From: an uncultured archaeon
GTDB taxonomy: Archaea > Thermoproteota > EX4484-205 > JAAOZP01
Assembly (NCBI GenBank): GCA_938045545.1
Contig: CALIBN010000007.1
Span: 1 to 64,000 of the forward strand
Length of the DNA stretch: 64,000 bases
Direction: 5' to 3'
A model generated the notes under the pieces. The model saw nothing but the letters and a program-made list of their open reading frames with translations, did not search any database and was not told the DNA's origin. Positions 19,328-27,663 of this stretch are shown here, piece after piece. Made by a program: the position numbers and the translations under genes. Every line of letters starts with the position of its first letter. Position 1 is the first letter of the stretch.

Positions 19328-20461
19328 CTAAGAGATTCCGAGCTTCTCATTTATTTCTTTCTGATATTCTTCAATCCGGAGTTCCTCCACGTCTCTAATG
19401 CTAACGGGTTTTTTAAGTAATGCCGATTCGTAAAATCCTAGGGGTATTGCCATATCCCTATAGGCCTCAAGGCCATTAACCTCCGGGGGCCGATGGTTCA
19501 CAACGGAGTCGTAAAAATCATAGAGCTCCGTGGCAACAGTGTCAGTAATACCCTTCGGGAACCATTTTGCTTTTTCTTCAGGCCGGAGGCTTTCGAACAT
19601 TCTACTTATAAGCGTGTTCATGCTCTGGGTTTCAATCAAGTTTTCCCTCTGAATGAAAAGCCCGTCGTTTCCTACTGCACCTTTAGAACCGTATATCAAT
19701 CTTAGGTTTATATCCTTTCCTGGAGCCGCTCTTGTCCATAGCCACTGTGCATAAACATCTCCATCGTAGATGACTATCGCCATCGTCACGTCGTCAACAG
19801 TAACTTTAACACCCTCTCGAACTGGTTCGAAGGTCTTTTGAACAGCATATACTTCTGTTGCTTCCTTTCTAAGCTGGTACCTATCTAAATCTGCCAGATG
19901 GACTCCGCCGTCGAAAACCCAGCTTCCCCCTGCAGCATACTTGTCCTCCCTCCAGCCCCAGGCCCCGGGGCTCCACCCAGCAGAGGACCAGACGATCATC
20001 CTCGGCTCACCTATCAATCCCTGCTCCAGAGCCCAGCGAATCGCCCTGTTCTCAGGGCTCCGCCTATAGTTCTCGGCAACAGCAAGTACCCTATTGTTCT
20101 TTCTCGCCTTCTCCAAGATAATCCTAGCAGCCCTCATTGTTATTCCCAGCGGCTTCTCTATGATGACGTCCAGCCCTTGTTCAAGACAGATGTTTGCAAC
20201 CGTGTGGTGCACGTTGTGAGGCAGAGCTATGTCTACAGCTTCGAGGCTTTCGTGCCTTAACATTTCTTCAACATTCGTGTAAACCTTTGGCTCCGAGTCT
20301 TGGAACTCCGCAACCAGCTTAGCCTTCTCCTTTGCGAGAGACTCCTTCACGTCGCAAACAGCCTTCACTTCAAAAACCCTTAGCCCTCTCGAATGCAACT
20401 GTCTAAGCCCGTTTACGTGTGCCCCCATCATGCCTCCACAACCAATTAAAGAAATGTTCAT
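19328..20461 (-). CDS. Gfo/Idh/MocA family sugar oxidoreductase
   Basis: IGCGG, AVCD, LPHNVH, EKPLG, AENYR, DGGVH. Confidence 0.9.
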   Translation of the reverse strand: MNISLIGCGGMMGAHVNGLRQLHSRGLRVFEVKAVCDVKESLAKEKAKLVAEFQDSEPKVYTNVEEMLRHESLEAVDIALPHNVHHTVANICLEQGLDVIIEKPLGITMRAARIILEKARKNNRVLAVAENYRRSPENRAIRWALEQGLIGEPRMIVWSSAGWSPGAWGWREDKYAAGGSWVFDGGVHLADLDRYQLRKEATEVYAVQKTFEPVREGVKVTVDDVTMAIVIYDGDVYAQWLWTRAAPGKDINLRLIYGSKGAVGNDGLFIQRENLIETQSMNTLISRMFESLRPEEKAKWFPKGITDTVATELYDFYDSVVNHRPPEVNGLEAYRDMAIPLGFYESALLKKPVSIRDVEELRIEEYQKEINEKLGIS

Positions 20462-20659
20462 TTTCTCCAACTTATTGCACCATTGTGGGGGCTTCAAACA
20501 AGTATAAAAATCTTACATAGCGTGTGCTAAGATTGCAAACCCTCCGTTCACCCCCATCTGAACTCGTAGGGCTTAAGCCGACTTATTGATACTTGGAAAG
20601 GTTAGGCCCTCTAAGCGAAAGATTTATCAAGAAGAGGCTTATGCCAGCCTTGAAGAAAC

Positions 20660-21307
20660 ATGTCTGAGGTAAGTCTACTTACGAAACTTAAGGATGCTAT
20701 AGTTAACCTGGATTTCGACGGCTCTAAGCATCTAGCGCAGGAGGCCCTTGCGAAAGGAATACCGCCCAACGAGATCATCACTAAAGCAATAAGCTCCGCC
20801 ATGGAGGAGGTTGGCAGAAAGTTCGAGGCTTCAGAATACTTTCTGTCAGAGCTGATAGTTGCAGGTGAAATAGGAAAGGAAATATCGCAAATGTTGCAAC
20901 CATACATGAAGGACGCGGAAATTAAGAAGATAGGCAAGGTTGTAATAGGAACCGTTAAGGGGGATCTTCACGACATCGGGAAGAATATTTTCGGAATGAT
21001 GCTTGAAGCAGCGGGATTCGAAGTCATAGACTTGGGTAACGATGTTCCGGCTGAAGCTTTCGTAGAGGCTGTGAAGAACCATAAGCCTGACATCATGGGC
21101 ATGTCAGCTCTTCTAACTGTTACGATGGTTGAGATGGAGAACGTGATAAAAGAGCTTAAGAAAGCCGGGTTACGGGAAAAGGTTAAAGTAATAATAGGCG
21201 GGGCTCCGATAACAGAGGAGTATGCCAAGAGGATAGGCGCCGACGGCTATGGTAAGGATGCTGTAGTCGGTGTAGATATTTGCAAGGCTTGGATAGGCAA
21301 GAAGTAA
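20660..21307 (+). CDS. mtaC: Methyltransferase corrinoid protein (MtaC/MtbC-like)
   Basis: B12-binding cap; GTVKGDLHDIGKN (DxHxxG), SALLT, IIGGAP, IGADGY. Confidence 0.9.
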   Translation: MSEVSLLTKLKDAIVNLDFDGSKHLAQEALAKGIPPNEIITKAISSAMEEVGRKFEASEYFLSELIVAGEIGKEISQMLQPYMKDAEIKKIGKVVIGTVKGDLHDIGKNIFGMMLEAAGFEVIDLGNDVPAEAFVEAVKNHKPDIMGMSALLTVTMVEMENVIKELKKAGLREKVKVIIGGAPITEEYAKRIGADGYGKDAVVGVDICKAWIGKK

Positions 21308-21343
21308 AAAAAGTAAGCACTGTTAAATCAGAGGGCAAGCGTA

Positions 21344-22711
21344 ATGGTTTTATTCAGTAAGCTAGAGATAGAAAAGCCTTCTGAATTAATCTTCGGGTCG
21401 GCTAAACACCCTTTGAATTATGGTTTCGGGCTTAATGTTGGAAAAGGGGAAGTAATTCCTGAAGTAAAATTTTTCCCAAGGGTTTTTTCGGATAAAGATC
21501 CTGAAGGGTTTAAAACTGAGGTTCAGACTATAACGCGAGATATACTTGACAGGGCTGTTGAGCTCGGCATTCCATCCCTTCAAATAGAGACTGAGCTGAC
21601 CTTCATGGAGACTAAGAACCCTAGGCTCGCTGCTGAAATAGCAAGTCTCCAAAAATGGTTGATGGAAAAATATTTTGACGAACATGGTATAAAACTCGGC
21701 TTCAGGGTTACGGTTGCCGATATAAGGGATTTCCGGGAGGGCTTGAGAACAACCGCAAACTATAATCTCATGATGGAAACTTTCGACGCTGTTTCTTCCA
21801 ACGGTGCAGACGTTCTGTCGATAGAGTCTGAAGGCGGTAAAGACGTTTTTAACCACAGCATAATTAGACAGGATATTGAAGGAATAGTCTTTTCAATCCT
21901 ATTGGCATCTTTGGACATGGGTTTTATTTGGAAGGACATTGTTAACGTTGCAAGGAGAAACGGCTGTATAGCGGGTGGGGATACTGCTTGCGCTATTGCG
22001 AACACGGCGATGAAGCTTGCAGGCGGTGTGAAATCAATGTCCTTGCCTCACACGCTCGCTGCAATAGTGAGAGCCATGTCGGCAGCCAGGTCCCTCGTCG
22101 CTTATGAGCAGGGTGCAACAGGCCCGGGGAAGGACTGCGGCTATGAAAACGTGATTCTGAAAGCAATAACCGGGTTCCCAATGTCGATGGAGGGTAAGAG
22201 TAGTGCTTGCGCGCACTCCAGTCTAATGGGGAATATTGCTTCCGCATGCTGCGATCTCTGGTCTAACGAGCAGGTTGAAAACCTAATGCTTTTCGGAGGG
22301 TCAGCTCCACAGGTTTTCCTGGAAATACTTCACTACGATTGCAAGCTGATGAATAGGGCAATAATGCTTGGGAAAGCTTTAGAGCTCAGAGACATGCTTG
22401 TCTTGTCGGATAAGTATGACGACCCTCAGGCCTTGGTTCTCTCCCCCGATGTGGCTATCGAGGTTGCAAACGCGATAGTCTCCGAGTATGGTGACTACTA
22501 TAGGAGAGTTAAGTCTGCATGCCGGAAAATAGTCGAGATACTTGAGAGCTCGTCGCCCCTACGCCTAAGCCACGCGGAGGCCCGCTTCCTGTCTCATGTT
22601 AAAAACATTATTGATTCTCTTCCGGATGATGGGGAAACGTTTAGAGAGCAGATGTGTAAGACTTTTACCGGGAAGGTGCCAACCTTCCGGGAGAAGGATT
22701 ACTGGCCCTAA
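21344..22711 (+). CDS. mtaB: Methanol:corrinoid methyltransferase MtaB family
   Basis: LIFGSAKHP, G.VIPE, SIESEGGK, GDTAC..ANTAM, RSLVAYE, GPGKDCGYEN, MEGKSSACAHSS.MGN, DLWSNE, YDC.LMN, DPQALVL. Confidence 0.9.
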   Translation: MVLFSKLEIEKPSELIFGSAKHPLNYGFGLNVGKGEVIPEVKFFPRVFSDKDPEGFKTEVQTITRDILDRAVELGIPSLQIETELTFMETKNPRLAAEIASLQKWLMEKYFDEHGIKLGFRVTVADIRDFREGLRTTANYNLMMETFDAVSSNGADVLSIESEGGKDVFNHSIIRQDIEGIVFSILLASLDMGFIWKDIVNVARRNGCIAGGDTACAIANTAMKLAGGVKSMSLPHTLAAIVRAMSAARSLVAYEQGATGPGKDCGYENVILKAITGFPMSMEGKSSACAHSSLMGNIASACCDLWSNEQVENLMLFGGSAPQVFLEILHYDCKLMNRAIMLGKALELRDMLVLSDKYDDPQALVLSPDVAIEVANAIVSEYGDYYRRVKSACRKIVEILESSSPLRLSHAEARFLSHVKNIIDSLPDDGETFREQMCKTFTGKVPTFREKDYWP

Positions 22712-24555
22712 TCCAATAAAGGAGCCTTCATAGCTATGGCTTTCATCACTCTTGGGAACATGTCCGTTTTCTTATGGGGGAATTGTGTTGCATCAATAAA
22801 TTCGCTTTGAAACCCGTTGATCGTATTTAAATCTATAGCCCTCACTTTCCTGGCCAAGATTTCAGCCTCTTCCTTGACCTTTCTGGAAAGAAGACTCATT
22901 GCTGCACCTTGGCCCGAACCATTTCCTATCTGTACGATCTTGCTTAAAGGAAGCTCAGGGATCATGCCGACTATCATCGCAGACCTTGGGTCAATATAGT
23001 TTCCAAAGGCTCCTGCAATATATACTTTGGATATCTCGCTCAAGCTTACCCCTCCAATTCTTAGGAGAAGCAGGCATGCAGTAAATATGGCTGCCTTAGC
23101 AAGTTGAAATCTTCTAATGTCTGTCTGCGTTATGCAGATTCTTCGGCCCTCCCTGTTAACCGCTAACACGAAGGCCTTATCCCCATCGATATTCACAATC
23201 CTCGGAGTATTTATGTCGGCAATCCTTCCCTTCTGGTCTAAAACTCCGGCTATAAGCATCCATGCTATCGCGTCGACAACTCCGGAGCCGCATATTCCCC
23301 TCGGATCCGCGTCGCCTATCGTCTTATAGTAAACGTCAAAGTTTTCCACGTTAATCGAAACCGATTCTATCGCGCCATTCATCCCTCTCATACCGTTGGA
23401 AAGCCCAGCTCCTTCAACAGCTGGTCCCGCCGCCGTGGAGGACGCGAGCATCAGGTCCCCCGCTTTCAAGACGACTTCACCATTTGTTCCAAGATCTATA
23501 AGCAGGGACTTCTCATCCTGCTCATGCATTCCTGAAACAAGTATGTCTGCAACCACGTCTCCACCAACGTAGCCGCTGATCAAGGGGAAAGTGTAGCCGA
23601 TCGCAGAATCGTTAACTCTAAGGCCTATTTCTCTAGCCTTGAAGCGAAGGCTAGACCTGAAAGGCGGCACGTATGGTGCTGATGCTATCGCCGAAACCTC
23701 CGCTCCATATAGGAGGCTGGTCATAACCGTGTTCCCGGCGAAGGATAATTCGTAAACGTCGAATGGAGAGCATTTCGCTTCATCAGCCGCATCCTGAATC
23801 AATTTGTTTATAGTTGCCACTACTTTGCCTTGAAGTTCCTCTAGGTTCTTGCCTCCTTTCACAGCGTAGGTTATTCTAGATATCACGTCGTCACCATACG
23901 CTATCTGACCGTTGTAATCCGATTTTACGGAGACGATTCGCCCGGTTTTCAGGCTGATCAGGTAGGCGACAACCGTGGTGGTGCCTACGTCTACAGCAAC
24001 ACCGTAAAAATCCTGGTCACGCCGCGGTCTAACATCTAGGATTTCACCATCATGTAGAATCGCCTCCAAGTCCCATTTTAATTCCCGCAGTTTACCGGGT
24101 AGCTTCTTTAAAAGCAGGCCGTCGATGGATTTCGCGTTCAATGCTTGTAGGAGGCGTTCAGCATCCGACCTCTGGTCGGTGAGCGAGGGAGCATAAATCT
24201 TAACGTTTACACTTCTCGTTGCAGGGTAAAACCCGAAATCCTTGACGCGTCCCCATTCCAGTATCTTGCCCCTGGTCTGCCTTGAGGACTGAGGAACCTT
24301 AATGACAACGTCACCAATGATTCGCGCCTGACAGGCCAGTCTGAACGATTTCGACATGCTTCTTACTTCTGCTTCCATCGAGGTTGGCTCGGTCAACCCG
24401 CTGCTGAAAACCTCGACGACGCATTTTTTACAAACCCCGCGCCCTCCACAAACGCTTTCAATGTTAACACCCGCTTCCTTAAGCACAGTTAACAGGTTCG
24501 ACCCGTAGGAAGCTTGAACTCTAACGCCTTCAGGCTGAATCGTTACCAGGGGCAT
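22708..24555 (-). CDS. ATP-dependent corrinoid reductive activator (RACo-type; N-terminal [2Fe-2S] + ASKHA/DUF4445)
   Basis: CGGRGVCKKC...RLACQ; DVGTTTV, GDDVISRI, GNTVM, YVGGD, DLGTNGE, AAGPA.EG, GICGSG, QLAKAA, AGAFG. Confidence 0.9.
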   Translation of the reverse strand: MPLVTIQPEGVRVQASYGSNLLTVLKEAGVNIESVCGGRGVCKKCVVEVFSSGLTEPTSMEAEVRSMSKSFRLACQARIIGDVVIKVPQSSRQTRGKILEWGRVKDFGFYPATRSVNVKIYAPSLTDQRSDAERLLQALNAKSIDGLLLKKLPGKLRELKWDLEAILHDGEILDVRPRRDQDFYGVAVDVGTTTVVAYLISLKTGRIVSVKSDYNGQIAYGDDVISRITYAVKGGKNLEELQGKVVATINKLIQDAADEAKCSPFDVYELSFAGNTVMTSLLYGAEVSAIASAPYVPPFRSSLRFKAREIGLRVNDSAIGYTFPLISGYVGGDVVADILVSGMHEQDEKSLLIDLGTNGEVVLKAGDLMLASSTAAGPAVEGAGLSNGMRGMNGAIESVSINVENFDVYYKTIGDADPRGICGSGVVDAIAWMLIAGVLDQKGRIADINTPRIVNIDGDKAFVLAVNREGRRICITQTDIRRFQLAKAAIFTACLLLLRIGGVSLSEISKVYIAGAFGNYIDPRSAMIVGMIPELPLSKIVQIGNGSGQGAAMSLLSRKVKEEAEILARKVRAIDLNTINGFQSEFIDATQFPHKKTDMFPRVMKAIAMKAPLLD

Positions 24556-24580
24556 GGTGAAGCTCCAATCAAATAGTAAA

Positions 24581-24600
24581 TAAACTTTAAAAAAAGTTTA
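24581..24600. promoter_or_regulatory. Inverted repeat TAAACTTT-N4-AAAGTTTA in the divergent RACo/URO-D promoter
   Basis: Perfect 8-bp arms overlapping a TTTAAA box; AT-rich, so it may be chance. Confidence 0.3.
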
Positions 24601-24665
24601 GCCTTTAACAACGCTGCTTACTGTTCGGCGAAAAATTTTTATTTAATCGCTTTAAACCAGTCCTA

Positions 24666-25781
24666 ATGTTCTTTAAAGAGGATTGGGCTGAGGCTAAGGA
24701 ACGGCTCTCAGCCTGGTGGGAAAAAGATGCTTTAGACAGACCAATTATACAAGTTTACGCTCCTCGAAGCAGCCCAAAGTATGCTTCTGAAGAGGATTTG
24801 AAGTTCAACTATGATCACTGGGGGTTTCCCAGAAACATTAAGGATCCTGCCGCTATAAGTGGAAACATAAAGGGTTTTCGTAGGCAGTGCGCGGAAACAT
24901 ATTACGGGGGGGAAGCCTATCCGAACCTTTGGGTAAACCTGGGCGCCGGTGTTCTCGGGGCATACTTGGGTGCAGAACCGGTCCTGGAGAGTGAAACAGT
25001 ATGGTTTGGAGCGCAGAGAAATAATGCGCTTGGGAAAAGCTGGGAGGAGTTGCGCCAATTAGAGTTTGATCACAGTAACGAGTGGTGGATATTTACGAAG
25101 AGAATAACTGAGGCTGCTTCTGAAACCTTGGCGGGATACAGCATTGTCGGCATGACCGACCTGGGAGGAATACTGGACGTCGCCGCCTCGCTGCGAGGCG
25201 CCGAAAACCTTATTGTCGACCTTACTAGGAATCCTCGAGATGTTAAATCACTATCTTCGAAAATCATAGACTACTGGCACGCCTGTTACGACGAGTTGGA
25301 CAGGATTATAAGAAGGAGAATAGAGGGTACTTCCGCCTGGATGGGCATATGGTGTCCTGAAAGATGGTACCCGATACAGTGTGATTTCGCCTTCATGCTT
25401 TCTCCGAGGCTTTTCGACGAGTTCGTTCTGCCTCATGTTAAAGAGCAGTGTGAAAGGCTTGACCGGGCGATATACCATCTCGACGGCCCTGGGGAAATAC
25501 CGCATCTAGACTCTCTGCTTAAAGTTGAGAGGCTGGATGGCATCCAGTGGGTACCGGGTGCGGGGGAAGAGCAACAGGGGAACGACTGTGGATCCCCAAA
25601 ATGGATGCCTCTTTACAAGAAGATCTTGGAAGCCGGGAAGCTTCTTGTGTTGTACATGCCCAGGGAAAAGGTGATTCCGATGCTTAAGGCGCTTGGCTCT
25701 AAGAAAGTATTAATCCAGACTTTCTGCATCAGTGAAGCAGAAGCTAAAAAGCTGGTGGTTGAGGCTGAAAACTCGCTGTGA
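24666..25781 (+). CDS. URO-D/MtaA-CmuA superfamily protein (putative corrinoid methyltransferase)
   Basis: W...R..AWW, LG.G...AYLG, LRG.E.L..DL, QCDF..MLSP..F.EF..P, YHLDGP, IQWVPG. Confidence 0.72.
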   Translation: MFFKEDWAEAKERLSAWWEKDALDRPIIQVYAPRSSPKYASEEDLKFNYDHWGFPRNIKDPAAISGNIKGFRRQCAETYYGGEAYPNLWVNLGAGVLGAYLGAEPVLESETVWFGAQRNNALGKSWEELRQLEFDHSNEWWIFTKRITEAASETLAGYSIVGMTDLGGILDVAASLRGAENLIVDLTRNPRDVKSLSSKIIDYWHACYDELDRIIRRRIEGTSAWMGIWCPERWYPIQCDFAFMLSPRLFDEFVLPHVKEQCERLDRAIYHLDGPGEIPHLDSLLKVERLDGIQWVPGAGEEQQGNDCGSPKWMPLYKKILEAGKLLVLYMPREKVIPMLKALGSKKVLIQTFCISEAEAKKLVVEAENSL

Positions 25782-25859
25782 GCGTGTGGGCCGACATGAA
25801 AAAATGTTTCACACGGTAAGTGGTTCCTTCGAATTTTAAAAGCTTGAAGCAAAGCTTGG

Positions 25860-27662
25860 TTATTTTGCTTTTATTTCAGGAGCTGCGCCGAACTGAAGCT
25901 CGTATAGCTTAGCATACGCACCACCCTTCTTCATAAGCTCCTCATGAGTCCCCTCCTCAACTATTCTTCCGTTCTCTAAGAACAATATTCTATGTGCAAG
26001 CTTAACTGTGGAAAGCCTGTGGGCAATTATTATGCATGTTCTTCCCTTCATAAGCTTAACCATGGCTTTCTGGAGGAGCGACTCAGTGTAGGAGTCCAAG
26101 CTGCTCGTCGCCTCATCCAGTATGAGGATCCTCGGATCCTTAAGCATGGCTCTTGCGAAGCTTATGAGCTGTCTTTCCCCGAGCGAAAGGTTTCCCCCTC
26201 CGGGGGACACTACTGTCTCATACTTCTGCGGCATCCTGTCTATCAATTCGTCTAAGCCAAGTTCCGAAGCCACTCTCTTAACATCTTCATCGGAAGCCTC
26301 CGTGTTGCCCAGCCTTATGTTCTCCAGAATAGTTCCGTTAAACAGGACTGGTTCCTGCGGCACCAGAGCCACCTGTTTCCTGAGGGATTTAAAGGAGAAT
26401 TCCTTAACATTATAATCGTCTATAAGAACTTCGCCTGACTTGGGGTCATAAAGCCTCAGTATGAGGTTCGTTAAGGTTGTTTTACCTGCTCCTGTTGGGC
26501 CAACTACAGCAACTATCTCACCCGGATCGACTTGTAGGCTCAACCCTTGGAAAACAGTGTTCCCATCGTAGTCGAAGTGAACATTCTTCAACTCTATTCT
26601 ACCGGCTTTTATCTCGATCCATCTCGCTTCTTTAGACTCTACAACACTGGGCTTCACCTGTAGGAAAAGGTAGACTCTTTCAGCAGCCGCTAAGGCCGCC
26701 TGCAACGTGCTGTAGAAGGTTGTTAGAGTGATTATGGGCCTGTAGAACATTTCAGCATATCCGTAGAATGCGATTAGAATGCCGATGCTGATTTCCCCGG
26801 AGACCACTAGGCTTCCCCCGTAAAGTATCAATATCACATAGGAAAGAGTTCTAACAGCGTCGAGCGAAGGCCTAATCATCGCGAAAACTATCCTCGCCCT
26901 AAGGTTTGTCCTCATCGTTTCAGCGCTAAGCTTGTCGAAAGAAGCGATGTCGACGTTTCTTCTCTCCGCGAATGATTGGGAGACCCTTGAACCCGAGACG
27001 CTTTGCTCAACGCTGCTAGTCAACTCGCTAAGCTTTTCCCTGCTTTGCCTGTATGCCTGTCTTGTTTTGATTGCGAAATACCTTGAGAGAAACAGCATTA
27101 AAGGCACTACGGTGAGTGTAGCTAGGCTTAGCCCCACGTGTAGGGTGAACATGACGTACAGTGAGCCGAGGAGTGTTGCCGAGCCTATCATTGCTTCTAT
27201 CGTTCCCGAGGTTGTTACTTCTCCGATAGAACTTATGTCGTTTATTATAAGTGAAATGATTTTACCGGTTCTCTCAACGTTAACGTGCGCGATATCCATT
27301 TCCTCCATGTGTTTAAAGACGGTGCTTCTCATGCTGTAAAGAAGCCTCTGGTTTATCCTGCCAGTCAAGTTGCCTCTGGCGAAACCTAAAAACCATCCTC
27401 CTGCAGCAATCCCCACCAGCACGAGGACATATTTCATCAAGGCGTCTGGATTACCCTGCATAATGCCTTCGTCTATCAGAAGCCTGCTAACGTATGGGCT
27501 CACTACATTAACCCCTATTGAGGCCAGTGCTACGATCACAAGCATGATTGCCTGGAGCTTCATAGGGGTTAACCACCGTAGGAGCCACGCGACGAGCTTT
27601 CTGGACGCTATTTCCCTAGGCTTCCCCTCGGCCTCAGCAGCTTGACGGAAATGCCAACCCAT
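25860..27662 (-). CDS. Heterodimeric ABC exporter subunit B (TM288-like)
   Basis: TMD+NBD; GPTGAGKT, degenerate signature LSLGERQ, ILDEATS, IAHRL. Confidence 0.9.
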   Translation of the reverse strand: MGWHFRQAAEAEGKPREIASRKLVAWLLRWLTPMKLQAIMLVIVALASIGVNVVSPYVSRLLIDEGIMQGNPDALMKYVLVLVGIAAGGWFLGFARGNLTGRINQRLLYSMRSTVFKHMEEMDIAHVNVERTGKIISLIINDISSIGEVTTSGTIEAMIGSATLLGSLYVMFTLHVGLSLATLTVVPLMLFLSRYFAIKTRQAYRQSREKLSELTSSVEQSVSGSRVSQSFAERRNVDIASFDKLSAETMRTNLRARIVFAMIRPSLDAVRTLSYVILILYGGSLVVSGEISIGILIAFYGYAEMFYRPIITLTTFYSTLQAALAAAERVYLFLQVKPSVVESKEARWIEIKAGRIELKNVHFDYDGNTVFQGLSLQVDPGEIVAVVGPTGAGKTTLTNLILRLYDPKSGEVLIDDYNVKEFSFKSLRKQVALVPQEPVLFNGTILENIRLGNTEASDEDVKRVASELGLDELIDRMPQKYETVVSPGGGNLSLGERQLISFARAMLKDPRILILDEATSSLDSYTESLLQKAMVKLMKGRTCIIIAHRLSTVKLAHRILFLENGRIVEEGTHEELMKKGGAYAKLYELQFGAAPEIKAK

Positions 27663-27663
27663 C

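Noticed and set aside
20498-20659. Possible cobalamin riboswitch upstream of mtaC
   Set aside because: No B12-box or other conserved riboswitch motifs visible; the region is short and holds divergent promoters.
20660-25781. Evidence for methanogenesis
   Set aside because: No mcr, mtr or hdr genes and no HxC-type MtaA in the window; the activator is RACo-type. The rest of the genome cannot be judged from here.
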